DNA of 64,000 nucleotides from Candidatus Latescibacterota bacterium (GTDB lineage Bacteria > Latescibacterota > UBA2968): positions 2,176,001-2,240,000 of the forward strand of contig OZ241986.1 in the NCBI GenBank assembly GCA_965204375.1, written 5' to 3'. The notes under the pieces are model-generated. The model was not told the DNA's origin, did no database searches, and saw only the letters and a list, made by a program, of their open reading frames with translations. Below are positions 1 through 9,785 of this stretch, piece after piece (position 1 is the stretch's first letter; each line of letters starts with the position of its first letter). Made by a program: the position numbers and the translations under genes.

Positions 1-590
1 GTAGTGTTCACACCCGTGAGCAAACTCCTATCGACCTCAATCCCATCGATATAATAGCCCACTTGCGTACCCGTCTGCGACCGCGTTGTGCTTCCGCGAA
101 TGCGATTGGTGCCATCCAGCGCCATACCCGGTTGCAATGCGATCAATTGCGATGTCGATCTCACCTGTGGCACGGCCTGAATATCTGCCGAAGAAACCAC
201 GTATTTGCTCGTGGTTTTATCCGGCTCCACAGGCGGGCGCTCCGCCACGACAACTAACTCGGCCAATTCCAGACTGGCTTCTTTCAGTGCAAAATTCACT
301 GTGGATGTATAATCCACAATCACCTGCACGGCTTCTTTCTTCTCTGTGCCATAGCCCACCATCGTCGCCGTAAGGGTGTACAGGCCGGGATCTACAGCCA
401 GAATTAAATAGCGGCCCTCGGCATCGGTGGTGGCTCCTTTGCGGGTCCCCTCGAGCGTCACATTTGCGCCAGGTAAAGACTCACCCGTGGCGGCATCTGT
501 GATGACACCCGTGATTTTACCCGCTGTTGTCGCTATGGCCGATGTATCCATCAGCAACAACAAAATAAATCCCAATATTAACTGCTTCAT
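1..590 (-). CDS. TonB-dependent receptor, N-terminal part (signal peptide, carboxypeptidase-regulatory-like domain, start of plug); runs off the window
   Basis: Manual translation from ATG at 590 (SD GGAGAGG): MKQLILGFILLLLMDTSAIATTAGKITGVITDAATGESLPGANVTLEGTRKGATTDAEGRYLI...VVVAERPPVEPDKTTS. Absent from the ORF track because no stop falls in the window. Confidence 0.85.
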   Translation of the reverse strand, partial: MKQLILGFILLLLMDTSAIATTAGKITGVITDAATGESLPGANVTLEGTRKGATTDAEGRYLILAVDPGLYTLTATMVGYGTEKKEAVQVIVDYTSTVNFALKEASLELAELVVVAERPPVEPDKTTSKYVVSSADIQAVPQVRSTSQLIALQPGMALDGTNRIRGSTTRSQTGTQVGYYIDGIEVDRSLLTGVNT

Positions 591-611
591 AATCCTCTCC
601 TCGTTTGAGAT

Positions 612-1304
612 CTACCAGTACAATTTGAACGACGTCCTGAAATCGAACATCGCAATGGGAAATACGCCGGGCAGATCCCACGCCTCCATCGGACGCAAAT
701 CACCTAAAATCATGTGATAACGTCCGCGGATATCCAGCCCAAATCGCCCCTGTACCACCGTCATTCCCAACCCCAAATTCGCACCCAAAGCCGTATGTTC
801 ATCCTCTCGGTCATCCAGCATCAGGCCTGCATTCAAAGGCTCTTCTTTTTGCCCCGGATAAATCAGACCAGTGATCCGATCCTGATAATCGTAAAACCCC
901 GCACCCACAGCGATATAGGGCAAAAGCTGCAAATCACTACCGGACTTGCGGGTATTGAGATACGCCAGCGCATTGATCAAAAAGCTGTTGAGGTTAAACC
1001 GAGAATCCGCATCTGGACTCAAATATTTTTGCTTATCAATGGGCCAGGTAAATGCCAGACCTTCAATCTTTCCGTTATCCATTGTCATGTGATGGTATTC
1101 AAACTCCATCGTAGCGCGCGAACTGACCTGATAATCCAGCACCGCACCATATACCTGAGAAGCTGAATACCGCTCGTGAAACCCCAACACGGGCACACTG
1201 CGGTTAAAAAACACGCCAGCGCCGTATCGAGCCTCCTGGGCAGAAACCGGCACCGCGATCAACAATGCCAGCAGCCACACCTTCAACGTCAAATATCTAT
1301 TCAT
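612..1304 (-). CDS. Outer-membrane beta-barrel protein
   Basis: Signal peptide (MNRYLTLKVWLLALLIAVPVSA), alternating beta-strands, PYIAVGAG motif, C-terminal aromatic residues (KLYW). Start moved to ATG 1304 after SD AGGAGG. Confidence 0.7.
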   Translation of the reverse strand: MNRYLTLKVWLLALLIAVPVSAQEARYGAGVFFNRSVPVLGFHERYSASQVYGAVLDYQVSSRATMEFEYHHMTMDNGKIEGLAFTWPIDKQKYLSPDADSRFNLNSFLINALAYLNTRKSGSDLQLLPYIAVGAGFYDYQDRITGLIYPGQKEEPLNAGLMLDDREDEHTALGANLGLGMTVVQGRFGLDIRGRYHMILGDLRPMEAWDLPGVFPIAMFDFRTSFKLYW

Positions 1305-1408
1305 AGATATGCCTCCTTTTAACATGTTTTATGCATCAAATATCTCAATGGCTCATATCATATTGCCTCCTTTCCAGGGAGCACAACGGATTATCGCCAA
1401 CCCCCTGC

Positions 1409-2179
1409 TCAAACCCCCAGCTTTTTTATAAACGCCAGATTCTTCGCGTGATCGGCGTTTGGATCATCGCCCGAAGGCGTCTCCAAAACAATATACCCAT
1501 CGTAACCAATCTCGCGCATCGCCGCATCTACCGAATCAAAATCCACGCGCCCGTCTCCCAGTGCCTGTCGGTCCGTATCCTTTGCGTGAATCATCCCAAC
1601 GCCCTCAGCCCCCAACTTCAAAATTTCCTCAGCCGGATCCTGTCCACGCGTCATCGTATTGCCCGTATCGTGATAGACCTTCACCGCAGGAGACCCCACG
1701 CGATCCAAAATCATCACCAGCTGATCCGCGCTAAAGGTCGTCTCCAGATCCAGAATCACATCGTGTTCTTCCGCAACTTCGCCCAGTGCTTTGAACCCAT
1801 TCACCAGTTGATCCCACGTCGCATCCGGCCACTCATCCATATCTCGCGGAAACATCGGCACCAGAATATGCCGCGTATCAACCGCCGCACACGACCCAAT
1901 CACATGCGTCAAAATCTCAACGCCCTCGGCGCGCTTTTCCACTTCTGGCAACGCGGGATGAAATTGCGAAAACACCCCCGGCGACAGTGAAGAAATCTCA
2001 ACACCCGCCGCATCTGCCAATCCCTTCAGCCGCTCTGCCCCGCCATCCTCCCACAAAATATTCTCCCCATAGTCTCGCCCAACACAAAATTCCACCCCAT
2101 CAAATCCAATATCCTTCGCCACTGAAAATACCGCTTCCAGTGGTGCTTTTAACATATTATCTCGAATACCGTATTTCAC
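1409..2179 (-). CDS. Sugar phosphate isomerase/epimerase (AP endonuclease 2 / xylose isomerase-like TIM barrel)
   Basis: GFDGVE, LDLET, DTGN, IHAKD, GDGRVDF and GYDGYIVLE motifs. Confidence 0.85.
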   Translation of the reverse strand: MKYGIRDNMLKAPLEAVFSVAKDIGFDGVEFCVGRDYGENILWEDGGAERLKGLADAAGVEISSLSPGVFSQFHPALPEVEKRAEGVEILTHVIGSCAAVDTRHILVPMFPRDMDEWPDATWDQLVNGFKALGEVAEEHDVILDLETTFSADQLVMILDRVGSPAVKVYHDTGNTMTRGQDPAEEILKLGAEGVGMIHAKDTDRQALGDGRVDFDSVDAAMREIGYDGYIVLETPSGDDPNADHAKNLAFIKKLGV

Positions 2180-2229
2180 AATAGATCTCCTTTATCGTGT
2201 AAATGTGCGGAAGAACCCTTGAAACGCTG

Positions 2230-3345
2230 TCAACAGAAGATTTCGTCTCCAATATCTAATTGCGGCAACACCGCACACAACACCTTCGCAAAGGCTTGCC
2301 GCTCGGCGGATGGCCCCACGGTCACGCGAATGCAGCGGTCGAGCGGAGCCACGCCCGGCATCCGCACGAAGACCCCGTGCTGCAAAAGCATCTGCATCAG
2401 CCGCCGCGCTCGCTCGCTACTACCCACGTCGAGGGCCACAAAATTAGTCGCCGAAGGCACCGTTTGCAACCCCAATTCCGCCGCCAGCACCGCGTATTCC
2501 CGTCGGCCTTCCTCTACTTGCCGCACCACCGAGCGCACGAACGCATCGTCGCCCAGCGAAGCAAGTGCCCCGGCTTGGGCGATGCGATTGACACCAAAGT
2601 GATTGCGCACCTTGTCGAGCGCGGCCACCACATCGCGGTGTGCCAGCGCGTAGCCGACCCTGGCCCCAGCCATGCCGTGCGCCTTGGAAAACGTCCGCAA
2701 CCGCACCACCTGTGCCCGTTCCACTTCCAGCGGCAACAGGGCATCCTCCGGCGCGAAGTCGATATACGCCTCGTCGAGCAGCAACACACAATCCGGCGGC
2801 AACCCCGCGATAAAATCCCGCAACTCGTCGGCTCGCTGATAGGTGCCCATGGGGTTGTCGGGATTGGCCACGTAGATCAGCTTGGGGCGCACTTTCCGCG
2901 CTTTGTCCAACAGGGCCAGCAAGTCCTCCCGATCCGCGCGATAGGGCACCTTGTGCAACACCGCCCCGTGCCCCTCGACGTGGTAGTTAAACGTGGGATA
3001 GGCCCCCAGCGACGTCACCACCGCGTCGCCCGGCTCGGCAAAAAGGCGCACCAAAAGCCCCAACAGTTCGTCAATCCCCGCACCCAAGACGACCTCTTTC
3101 CGTGCCACCCCGTGCCGCACCGCCAACGCAGAGCGCAGCTCGTATCCCTCTGGATCGTTGTACCAATGCACTTGCTCCACCGCCTCTACCATGGCCTGCC
3201 GCGCCCGCGGCGAGATACCAAAATTGCTCTCGTTAGCCCCAACTCGCAGGGCGAGCGGCTGCCCTTGCTCCCGCTCCAATGCCTCGGGCGGCACAAAGGG
3301 AACGGTCGCTGGCAGGGCGCGGACGATGTGCGTAAACGGCAACAT
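2230..3345 (-). CDS. PLP-dependent class I/II aminotransferase, histidinol-phosphate aminotransferase-like
   Basis: ANES, NPDNPMG, LLDEAY and RTFSKAHGMAGARVGY (PLP lysine). Confidence 0.85.
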   Translation of the reverse strand: MLPFTHIVRALPATVPFVPPEALEREQGQPLALRVGANESNFGISPRARQAMVEAVEQVHWYNDPEGYELRSALAVRHGVARKEVVLGAGIDELLGLLVRLFAEPGDAVVTSLGAYPTFNYHVEGHGAVLHKVPYRADREDLLALLDKARKVRPKLIYVANPDNPMGTYQRADELRDFIAGLPPDCVLLLDEAYIDFAPEDALLPLEVERAQVVRLRTFSKAHGMAGARVGYALAHRDVVAALDKVRNHFGVNRIAQAGALASLGDDAFVRSVVRQVEEGRREYAVLAAELGLQTVPSATNFVALDVGSSERARRLMQMLLQHGVFVRMPGVAPLDRCIRVTVGPSAERQAFAKVLCAVLPQLDIGDEIFC

Positions 3346-3359
3346 GGGTTAAGACCACA

Positions 3360-4733
3360 CTACACCCAATTCTTTGGCCAAGCAAAATGTTCGTTAATAT
3401 TTTCTACGTATTTCATCGGCTCATTGGGTTCGATATTAAACAGCGCATCCAGCACCTCCAACCCGTGCTGGTATGACTTTGTCTCCTTACTTTCGAGCAC
3501 GCCAAACAGCATCATCGACTTATCGCCCGACAAAACCGCTTCGAGCGTGCGCTCCATATTGAGCCAATCGGGATAAATGCACTCCAGCATAATTTTCTTC
3601 GGCAATGGCGGCACGCGCAAAGGCTGAATACCCTTCTTATTCACAATTGCAGGAACCTCTACCGCCACATCGTCGGGAATACCCGGCAACGCCCCGCAAT
3701 TGGGCATATTCACCTGAAACTGACCTTCCACATTGTTCACCAGTCCATTCATAATCGGAATATGCTGCTCGTGCGTCATCTGATCGCCAAACAAATCAAC
3801 CGGCCGAATTTTCTCGTCATAAGCCGCCGCCTTCATCTGCTCGTATTTTTCTGCCTTGCCCGCCAGCACCGCATCGCGCCCGGCTGGCGTATCTTTACCC
3901 CCATTGGGATCGTACCAGTATTTCCGCGCATCCAAATCCGTGTGATACCACCAGCCGCCCCGCCGGGGCGTATCGCCAATGGGCATCAAACCATACATCT
4001 TGTATTGATGAATCGAAGCACGCGACATCTGCGTGGGAATCGCCTTGCCCTCTCGGGCCAACCGCTCCCAATACGCCTCGCTCTCCTCCGCAATCCATCG
4101 ATCCAGCTCTGGATACATATCCTCATTTTCATGGATAAAATCCGTCATCCAGATATTGTGATTCAACCCCGGAGCCTGCCACGTCACCTCATCCGGATCC
4201 AATCCCAACGTACGCGCCACACCCGCATAGCCATAATGCCCGTGACACAACCCACAAACCTTAATCCCCGTCTCCCGCGTCATCAATGTAGTTCCGGCAA
4301 AGACCGGATTACCCGCCAGCAAAGTCCACGCATCGGGACACAGCTTCTCCATATCCTGCGCCACATCCAGCATCAGTTGCAAATTGTGATACTCGGGCAT
4401 CCCGGTTTTATCGTAAAAATAACCGAGCTTCGCCGTCATCTTGCGCCGCCGCTGCATAAAATACTCATTGTGCGTCACCGTTGCCGTATTGATAACAAAA
4501 TCGGCATCCTTTAACGCGGCCTCCCTATCTGTCGTTTTCTCAAACGTCATATCCGCGCTCAAATCCTCGGCATACCGCCGCCCGAGTTCGTAAATCACAT
4601 CGAGCACTTCCTCATTGATATCCATGAAACAAACGTGGCTGCCATTCAATTCCTTTGTCAGACATAAATCCTTCACCAGACCGAGTGAAAACACCACGCT
4701 CCCCGCACCAAAAATCGTCACCTTATTTGCCAT
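3360..4733 (-). CDS. Glycoside hydrolase family 4 (NAD-dependent alpha-glucosidase/alpha-galactosidase)
   Basis: KVTIFGAGSVVF, DADFVINT, GLCHGH, GLNHNIW and DDVAVEVPA. Start placed at ATG 4733. Confidence 0.9.
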   Translation of the reverse strand: MANKVTIFGAGSVVFSLGLVKDLCLTKELNGSHVCFMDINEEVLDVIYELGRRYAEDLSADMTFEKTTDREAALKDADFVINTATVTHNEYFMQRRRKMTAKLGYFYDKTGMPEYHNLQLMLDVAQDMEKLCPDAWTLLAGNPVFAGTTLMTRETGIKVCGLCHGHYGYAGVARTLGLDPDEVTWQAPGLNHNIWMTDFIHENEDMYPELDRWIAEESEAYWERLAREGKAIPTQMSRASIHQYKMYGLMPIGDTPRRGGWWYHTDLDARKYWYDPNGGKDTPAGRDAVLAGKAEKYEQMKAAAYDEKIRPVDLFGDQMTHEQHIPIMNGLVNNVEGQFQVNMPNCGALPGIPDDVAVEVPAIVNKKGIQPLRVPPLPKKIMLECIYPDWLNMERTLEAVLSGDKSMMLFGVLESKETKSYQHGLEVLDALFNIEPNEPMKYVENINEHFAWPKNWV

Positions 4734-4848
4734 TGCACACTCCCTATAAAAACATGTAAAGACAACACTCTCAAATAATTTACGACATAGCATCTAAACC
4801 CGCCAGTCATTCAGAAACGGGTATCATTTAAAAAACAACACGAAGACC

Positions 4849-4877
4849 TTGACGTGGGATTATAGTATATGTATAAT
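4849..4877 (+). promoter_or_regulatory. Sigma70-type promoter TTGACG-N17-TATAAT with overlapping TATATGTAT direct repeats
   Basis: TTGACG at 4849-4854 and TATAAT at 4872-4877; TATATGTAT at 4866-4874 and 4878-4886. Confidence 0.7.
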
Positions 4878-4925
4878 TATATGTATTGAAATATGCTAAC
4901 TAATATGAATCGGGAAGGAAACGTT

Positions 4926-5186
4926 ATGAACAAGAAAAAATATGAGCAAGCACCTTCTGATATTGCAGAAGCAATCGAACAGGCAGAAGTAATTCCAGAT
5001 TTTCTGCCGCCACCCGATCAACTTGTCCTCAAAGAAGAGACCGTGCGGATCACACTGAACCTCAACAAAAAGAGTGTCGATTTCTTCAAGCTAAAAGCGG
5101 AAGAAAATGGCATTCCCTATCAGCGCATGATCCGCAAAGTTCTCGATATTTACGCCGAGCGATTTTATAAACCGCTCGAGTCGTGA
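4926..5186 (+). CDS. BrnA/CopG-like RHH antitoxin (no cognate toxin adjacent)
   Basis: DFLPPPDQLV...VRITLNLNKKSVDFFK..AEENGIPYQRMIRKVLD pattern. Confidence 0.75.
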   Translation: MNKKKYEQAPSDIAEAIEQAEVIPDFLPPPDQLVLKEETVRITLNLNKKSVDFFKLKAEENGIPYQRMIRKVLDIYAERFYKPLES

Positions 5187-5213
5187 TCTCTCCGGACCAA
5201 AGCTCTCCCTTAT

Positions 5214-6002
5214 CTAACGATTCAGGCGCCTTTTCCATTCATCGCCATCAAATTGCGGGTGATACACTTCGCTGAAAAACCGGCCGTGTTCTGGCGAAAG
5301 TGAATCGAGCATCTCGTCGGTAAACCCGGGTTTGTGATGGCGCACATTGATATGATTATAGGCATAAAACAGAGCCATCCGCGGCACAGCCTGTGTCCAA
5401 ACACAAGACGTATGGCGCACAGCCTCGGAAAAAACCAGCAGAGAACCCGGCGGACACCCATACGTATCCCACACCCCCGAATTGGGATCGTCGAACAAAG
5501 GCAATTTTTTTCTATAATTGGACTTGTGGCTCCCCGGAATAAACGCCGTCCCCCCTTTCCCTTTCTCCACGCCATTTAATTCCCAAACCACCCTCGTCAT
5601 CCCGGAATAAATCCGCCCATCGTGATATTGATAGCTATAATTGGGATTCACGGACTTACCCCCGGCATGCGGCGTCCATCCCCTGTGGTTATCTCCTTTG
5701 AAGCGATAAGACAAAAACGCACCTTCCAGGCGAATCTTCTCCGTCTCATCGTCGATAACCGTATGTAACACCCGCATAATCGCCGGATGATCGATCAATA
5801 CCGACGCGGGACCACCTGGCAAACAACGCGCTTCGGGTGGCAGTGAATCTCTATCGGTACGCAATTTCTCACACTGCGCCTTAATCGGCGCCATCTCATC
5901 CTCGCTCAAGACAGCCGGAAAAAGAATATACCCTTTCAGGTCAAACAGCACGGTCTCTTTCTCCGTCAAAATCGGCGTCCATTCTTTTACCGAAATACCC
6001 AT
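5214..6002 (-). CDS. PhyH-family Fe(II)/2-oxoglutarate oxygenase (HxG variant)
   Basis: FDLKGYILFPAVL, GGTAFIPGSHK, PPGSLLVFSEAVRH; first His in PHAGG. Confidence 0.8.
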   Translation of the reverse strand: MGISVKEWTPILTEKETVLFDLKGYILFPAVLSEDEMAPIKAQCEKLRTDRDSLPPEARCLPGGPASVLIDHPAIMRVLHTVIDDETEKIRLEGAFLSYRFKGDNHRGWTPHAGGKSVNPNYSYQYHDGRIYSGMTRVVWELNGVEKGKGGTAFIPGSHKSNYRKKLPLFDDPNSGVWDTYGCPPGSLLVFSEAVRHTSCVWTQAVPRMALFYAYNHINVRHHKPGFTDEMLDSLSPEHGRFFSEVYHPQFDGDEWKRRLNR

Positions 6003-6018
6003 CGCAAAACCTCCTGCT

Positions 6019-7326
6019 TTAATTCTTTTCTATCCACCACATCTCCCGATGCTTTTCAGCCAACACCTTGAGTTCTTGCGCCACCTCGGGATACTCGTCA
6101 ATCACATTGGTCGTCTCGTAGGGATCGTTTTCCATATCAAAAAGCGACAACCCGATATGCGCGGTCTCATATCGCCCTGGCTTTCCGTCATTACCAGCTT
6201 CCACAAGCGTGCGATAATCGTGTGGCAAATGCAACTTCCACTTGCCATCCCCACTGACCACCCCATCGAAATTCCGCCCGGTTGACACCGGATAATACAC
6301 ATGCGAATTGGTCGCCTCTGGCTGGCACGTCACAATATCCCAAACATCGACCCCATCAATCGTATAATCCGGCAAATCCGCCCCTGCCAACTTTGCAAAC
6401 GTCGGCAAAAAATCCACCGAACAAAATGCCTGATGCGATATCTCCCCCGCAGGAATGCCATTGGGATAATGCATCACACACGCCGAGCGCGTACCCCCGT
6501 CAAAACCCGTCCCCTTAGCCTCGCGATAAGGCGTCTTCCCCGCGTGATTGCCATAAGAAATCCAGGGACCATTATCCGACGTAAAAACCACAACCGTATC
6601 ATCCGCCACGCCTGCTTCTTCAAGCGCGTTCATAATCTCACCCACCGACCAATCGATCTCCATCATCACATCGGCATACAAACCCTCCCCCGATTTGCCC
6701 TTAAACTTATCGCTACAAAACAGCGGCACATGTGGCATACTGTGGGGCACATACAGGAAAAACGGCTCATCGGCATGACGCGCGATAAAATCGACCGCAT
6801 GCTCCGTGTACCATGTCGTCAGCATCTTCTGCTGCTCTGGCGACACATCGTCAATAACGACCTCCCCATTTTTCCAGAACTGCAATTCCATCGTATCAAA
6901 ATGCCTGCTCTGCGGATGGTATTTCCACATATCATTGGAATACATCAAACCCGACGACTCGTCAAAACCCCGAGCGGGCGGGCGCGTATCCTCGTGATCG
7001 CCAATATGCCACTTGCCAAACACCCCTGTTGCATAACCCACGGGCTTGAGCACCTCGGCAATCGTGGCAAAACTCGGATCCAGCCCTCGCGCCCGGGGCG
7101 GAATCGCGCCATAAACCTTATGCCTGCCCGGATAACATCCCGTCAATAATGACGCCCGCGACGCCGAACAAACCGCCTGAGGCACGTAAAACTGGTGATA
7201 ACAACACCCGCCTGATGCCAATTTTTCCACATTGGGCGTCGGATACGCCGTCTCTCCAAATGGCCGAAAATCCGCCCATCCGGAATCATCTAAAAAAATC
7301 ACCACAAAATTTGGTCTTCGGTTCAA
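6019..7326 (-). CDS. Arylsulfatase (S1 formylglycine-dependent)
   Basis: PNFVVIFLDD, CSASRASLLTG, GKWHIG, TSDNG and LFDMENDPYE. Confidence 0.92.
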   Translation of the reverse strand: MNRRPNFVVIFLDDSGWADFRPFGETAYPTPNVEKLASGGCCYHQFYVPQAVCSASRASLLTGCYPGRHKVYGAIPPRARGLDPSFATIAEVLKPVGYATGVFGKWHIGDHEDTRPPARGFDESSGLMYSNDMWKYHPQSRHFDTMELQFWKNGEVVIDDVSPEQQKMLTTWYTEHAVDFIARHADEPFFLYVPHSMPHVPLFCSDKFKGKSGEGLYADVMMEIDWSVGEIMNALEEAGVADDTVVVFTSDNGPWISYGNHAGKTPYREAKGTGFDGGTRSACVMHYPNGIPAGEISHQAFCSVDFLPTFAKLAGADLPDYTIDGVDVWDIVTCQPEATNSHVYYPVSTGRNFDGVVSGDGKWKLHLPHDYRTLVEAGNDGKPGRYETAHIGLSLFDMENDPYETTNVIDEYPEVAQELKVLAEKHREMWWIEKN

Positions 7327-7445
7327 GATAAAATCCTCCTTAAAAGCTGTTTTGCAGCATGCATTGTTCTTGACGACAACCCCCTACTGCCCGATTATTA
7401 TAAAGGCTCACCCCGCTTTATCAGTCAATCTCTATGGAGTTTTCA

Positions 7446-8348
7446 ATGGCAGCTATCTCCAAAGAAGCCACCTCTCGCGTAACCAAAGACGACGTGGCTT
7501 TTTACCGCGAAAATGGATACCTGGTAATCCCCGATGCACTCACCCCCGAAGAAGTCCAAACCCTGCGCGACGAAACCACCGCTCTGTGCCGTGGGGAACG
7601 CGGTGACATAGGCAATTTGCCCGCCATCTCGCCCGACGACACCGACGACGACGTCATCAAACGCATCCTGTGTATCCACCACATACACAGAATCTCACCC
7701 ATCATGTACGACGCGCTATCCCATCCCGTAATGGTCGATGGCCTCACAAGCGTCATCGGACCCAATGTCAAATGCATGCAATCGATGCTCTTCATCAAAA
7801 GCGCGGGAAAACCCGGACAAGCATGGCATCAGGATGAAATCTACATCCCCACCCGCGACCGGTCGCTCACGGGCGGCTGGTTTGCCCTTGACGATGCCAC
7901 CGTTGAAAACGGCTGCTTGTGGGTCATTCCCGGCTCGCACAAACGCGGCATATTGTGGCCCCAACACGTACAGCACGACAAGCGCTTTGACTGCGCCCAT
8001 GAAACCTTCCGATTTCCCTACACAGATGACGACGCCATCCCCGTTGAAGTCAAAACAGGCGCGCTCGTCTTCTTTCACGGCTACTTACTCCATCGCTCGT
8101 TTCCCAACCGCGCCAAATCCGGCTTCCGCCGCGTGCTCGTCAACCACTACATGAGCGCGGAATCCCTCCTCCCCTGGCGCAATTTGAAACCCGGCGAACG
8201 CATGGCAACCGCAGACATGCGGGAAATCATCATGATCGCAGGCGAAGATCCCTATGCGTACAAAGGCACCAAAATAACGGGAAAACCGAATGTGCGCACG
8301 GCTGGCGATGGGGGATGCGGTGACGGCAGACAAGATTTACGATCATAA
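7446..8348 (+). CDS. PhyH-family dioxygenase
   Basis: FYRENGYL, WHQD, ENGCLWVIPGSH and LLHRS. Start at 7446 (alternative 7434). Confidence 0.9.
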   Translation: MAAISKEATSRVTKDDVAFYRENGYLVIPDALTPEEVQTLRDETTALCRGERGDIGNLPAISPDDTDDDVIKRILCIHHIHRISPIMYDALSHPVMVDGLTSVIGPNVKCMQSMLFIKSAGKPGQAWHQDEIYIPTRDRSLTGGWFALDDATVENGCLWVIPGSHKRGILWPQHVQHDKRFDCAHETFRFPYTDDDAIPVEVKTGALVFFHGYLLHRSFPNRAKSGFRRVLVNHYMSAESLLPWRNLKPGERMATADMREIIMIAGEDPYAYKGTKITGKPNVRTAGDGGCGDGRQDLRS

Positions 8349-8353
8349 AACTC

Positions 8354-9769
8354 TCACTGATACTGATCGCCCGGCGCGGGCAAGTACGTTTTCGCAATCT
8401 CCGGATCAGCCTCTGTATCCTCAATCAGTTTCAGAAGTGCCCTGTGCAAACGCCTTGCTTCATCGGGATGCTCGGCAATCACATTATTTTTCTGATCGGA
8501 ATCTCCCGGCATATAAAACAACTCATCCACGCGGCGCTCTGGCATATTGCGGCAATCGTAGCGCTCAGTGCGAATTGGTTTGGGACCTTTGTATTTGAGA
8601 TCTTTATTCGGCCAATACACCAGCGTCCATGTGCCATCGGTTATCGTAGCGGGAACAGTGCCCCAGCTATCATTCAAATTGCGTCCGCTAATTGCAAACT
8701 CCCGGTGCTGCACTGTCTTACCCGACAAAACATCGGCAAATGCTTCCCCCTGCACGCCATCGGGCACATCCAATCCCGCCAGACTGCAAAGCGTTGGAAA
8801 CACATCCACCGGCTGCACCAGACTATCCACCTGCTTTCCCGCCATCGCCTCATCCGGATGATACACCATAAACGGAATATGAATCATCGGATCGTAAAGC
8901 TGCCCCCAATCTCCCCAGGGCTTGCCCTGCAAACCGTGGTCGCCAAAATAGTGCCCGTGATCTGCCATCAGCAAAAAAACCGTATTCTCCTTTAAACCCA
9001 GCACATCCATCGTATCCCATAACATCCCCAACCACCGATCCGTCATCGTCACCTCAGCCGCGTACAGTGCGCGTACGTGATTGAGTTCCTCATCCGTCAT
9101 GTAATTGCTAAACCCATAACACGGATAAATAAGTTCATCGCCTTCATAACCCGGATCGTACATATCCACATAATACTGCGGCGGATCCCACGGCTCGTGC
9201 GGATCCCAAGAATCGATCCACAGAAAAAACCCATCCTTCACATAATTCCGCTCCAGCCAGTGCATCGCCTCGGTAAACACGCGAGGACCCAGGTAGTCCG
9301 ACTCAAACAACCGCCCGCGCTGATTCGCCAGATAGCGAATCACCCCAGATTTTACTTTATCCTCACTGGCAGGCCATTTGATCTCCTCCAATGCATCGCT
9401 AATCCACGGCTCACCCCCCTGCCCGCGAATCCAGGAAATAGAACCAAATCCGCGATCCAGAAAATTGCCCTGGGTCATAAACATCGGCGTATCAAAAACC
9501 AGTCCGGTTGTGTATCCCGCACGCCGAAAGCGCTCGGCCATCGTGGGCAAATTCTGTTCCATTTTATCCCATGTATTAAACGGATGCCCCCAACGTCCCG
9601 TAAACAAATCGCGGCGACACGGCAGGGTTGGAAACGACCCCGAAAAAGCCTTTGAAAACACCAGAGATTCACGCGCGATGCGATCCATATTCGGCGTCCT
9701 TGCCCGGTCACCATAAGCACCCACGTGATCTGCCCGCAACGAATCCAGCATCACACAAATAACATTCAT
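8354..9769 (-). CDS. Sulfatase-like hydrolase with Thr at the nucleophile position
   Basis: MNVICVMLDSLRADH, TPNMDRIA, TLPCRRDLFTG, WDPHEPWDPP and ADHG. True start at ATG 9769; the ORF-track extension overlaps the upstream gene. Confidence 0.85.
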   Translation of the reverse strand: MNVICVMLDSLRADHVGAYGDRARTPNMDRIARESLVFSKAFSGSFPTLPCRRDLFTGRWGHPFNTWDKMEQNLPTMAERFRRAGYTTGLVFDTPMFMTQGNFLDRGFGSISWIRGQGGEPWISDALEEIKWPASEDKVKSGVIRYLANQRGRLFESDYLGPRVFTEAMHWLERNYVKDGFFLWIDSWDPHEPWDPPQYYVDMYDPGYEGDELIYPCYGFSNYMTDEELNHVRALYAAEVTMTDRWLGMLWDTMDVLGLKENTVFLLMADHGHYFGDHGLQGKPWGDWGQLYDPMIHIPFMVYHPDEAMAGKQVDSLVQPVDVFPTLCSLAGLDVPDGVQGEAFADVLSGKTVQHREFAISGRNLNDSWGTVPATITDGTWTLVYWPNKDLKYKGPKPIRTERYDCRNMPERRVDELFYMPGDSDQKNNVIAEHPDEARRLHRALLKLIEDTEADPEIAKTYLPAPGDQYQ

Positions 9770-9785
9770 ATATTTCTCCTCATCT

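Noticed and set aside
2260-3576. 438-aa plus-strand ORF and similar long antisense ORFs (e.g. 11811-12914, 38048-39046, 40391-41269)
   Set aside because: Shadows of well-supported opposite-strand genes, with no recognisable motifs
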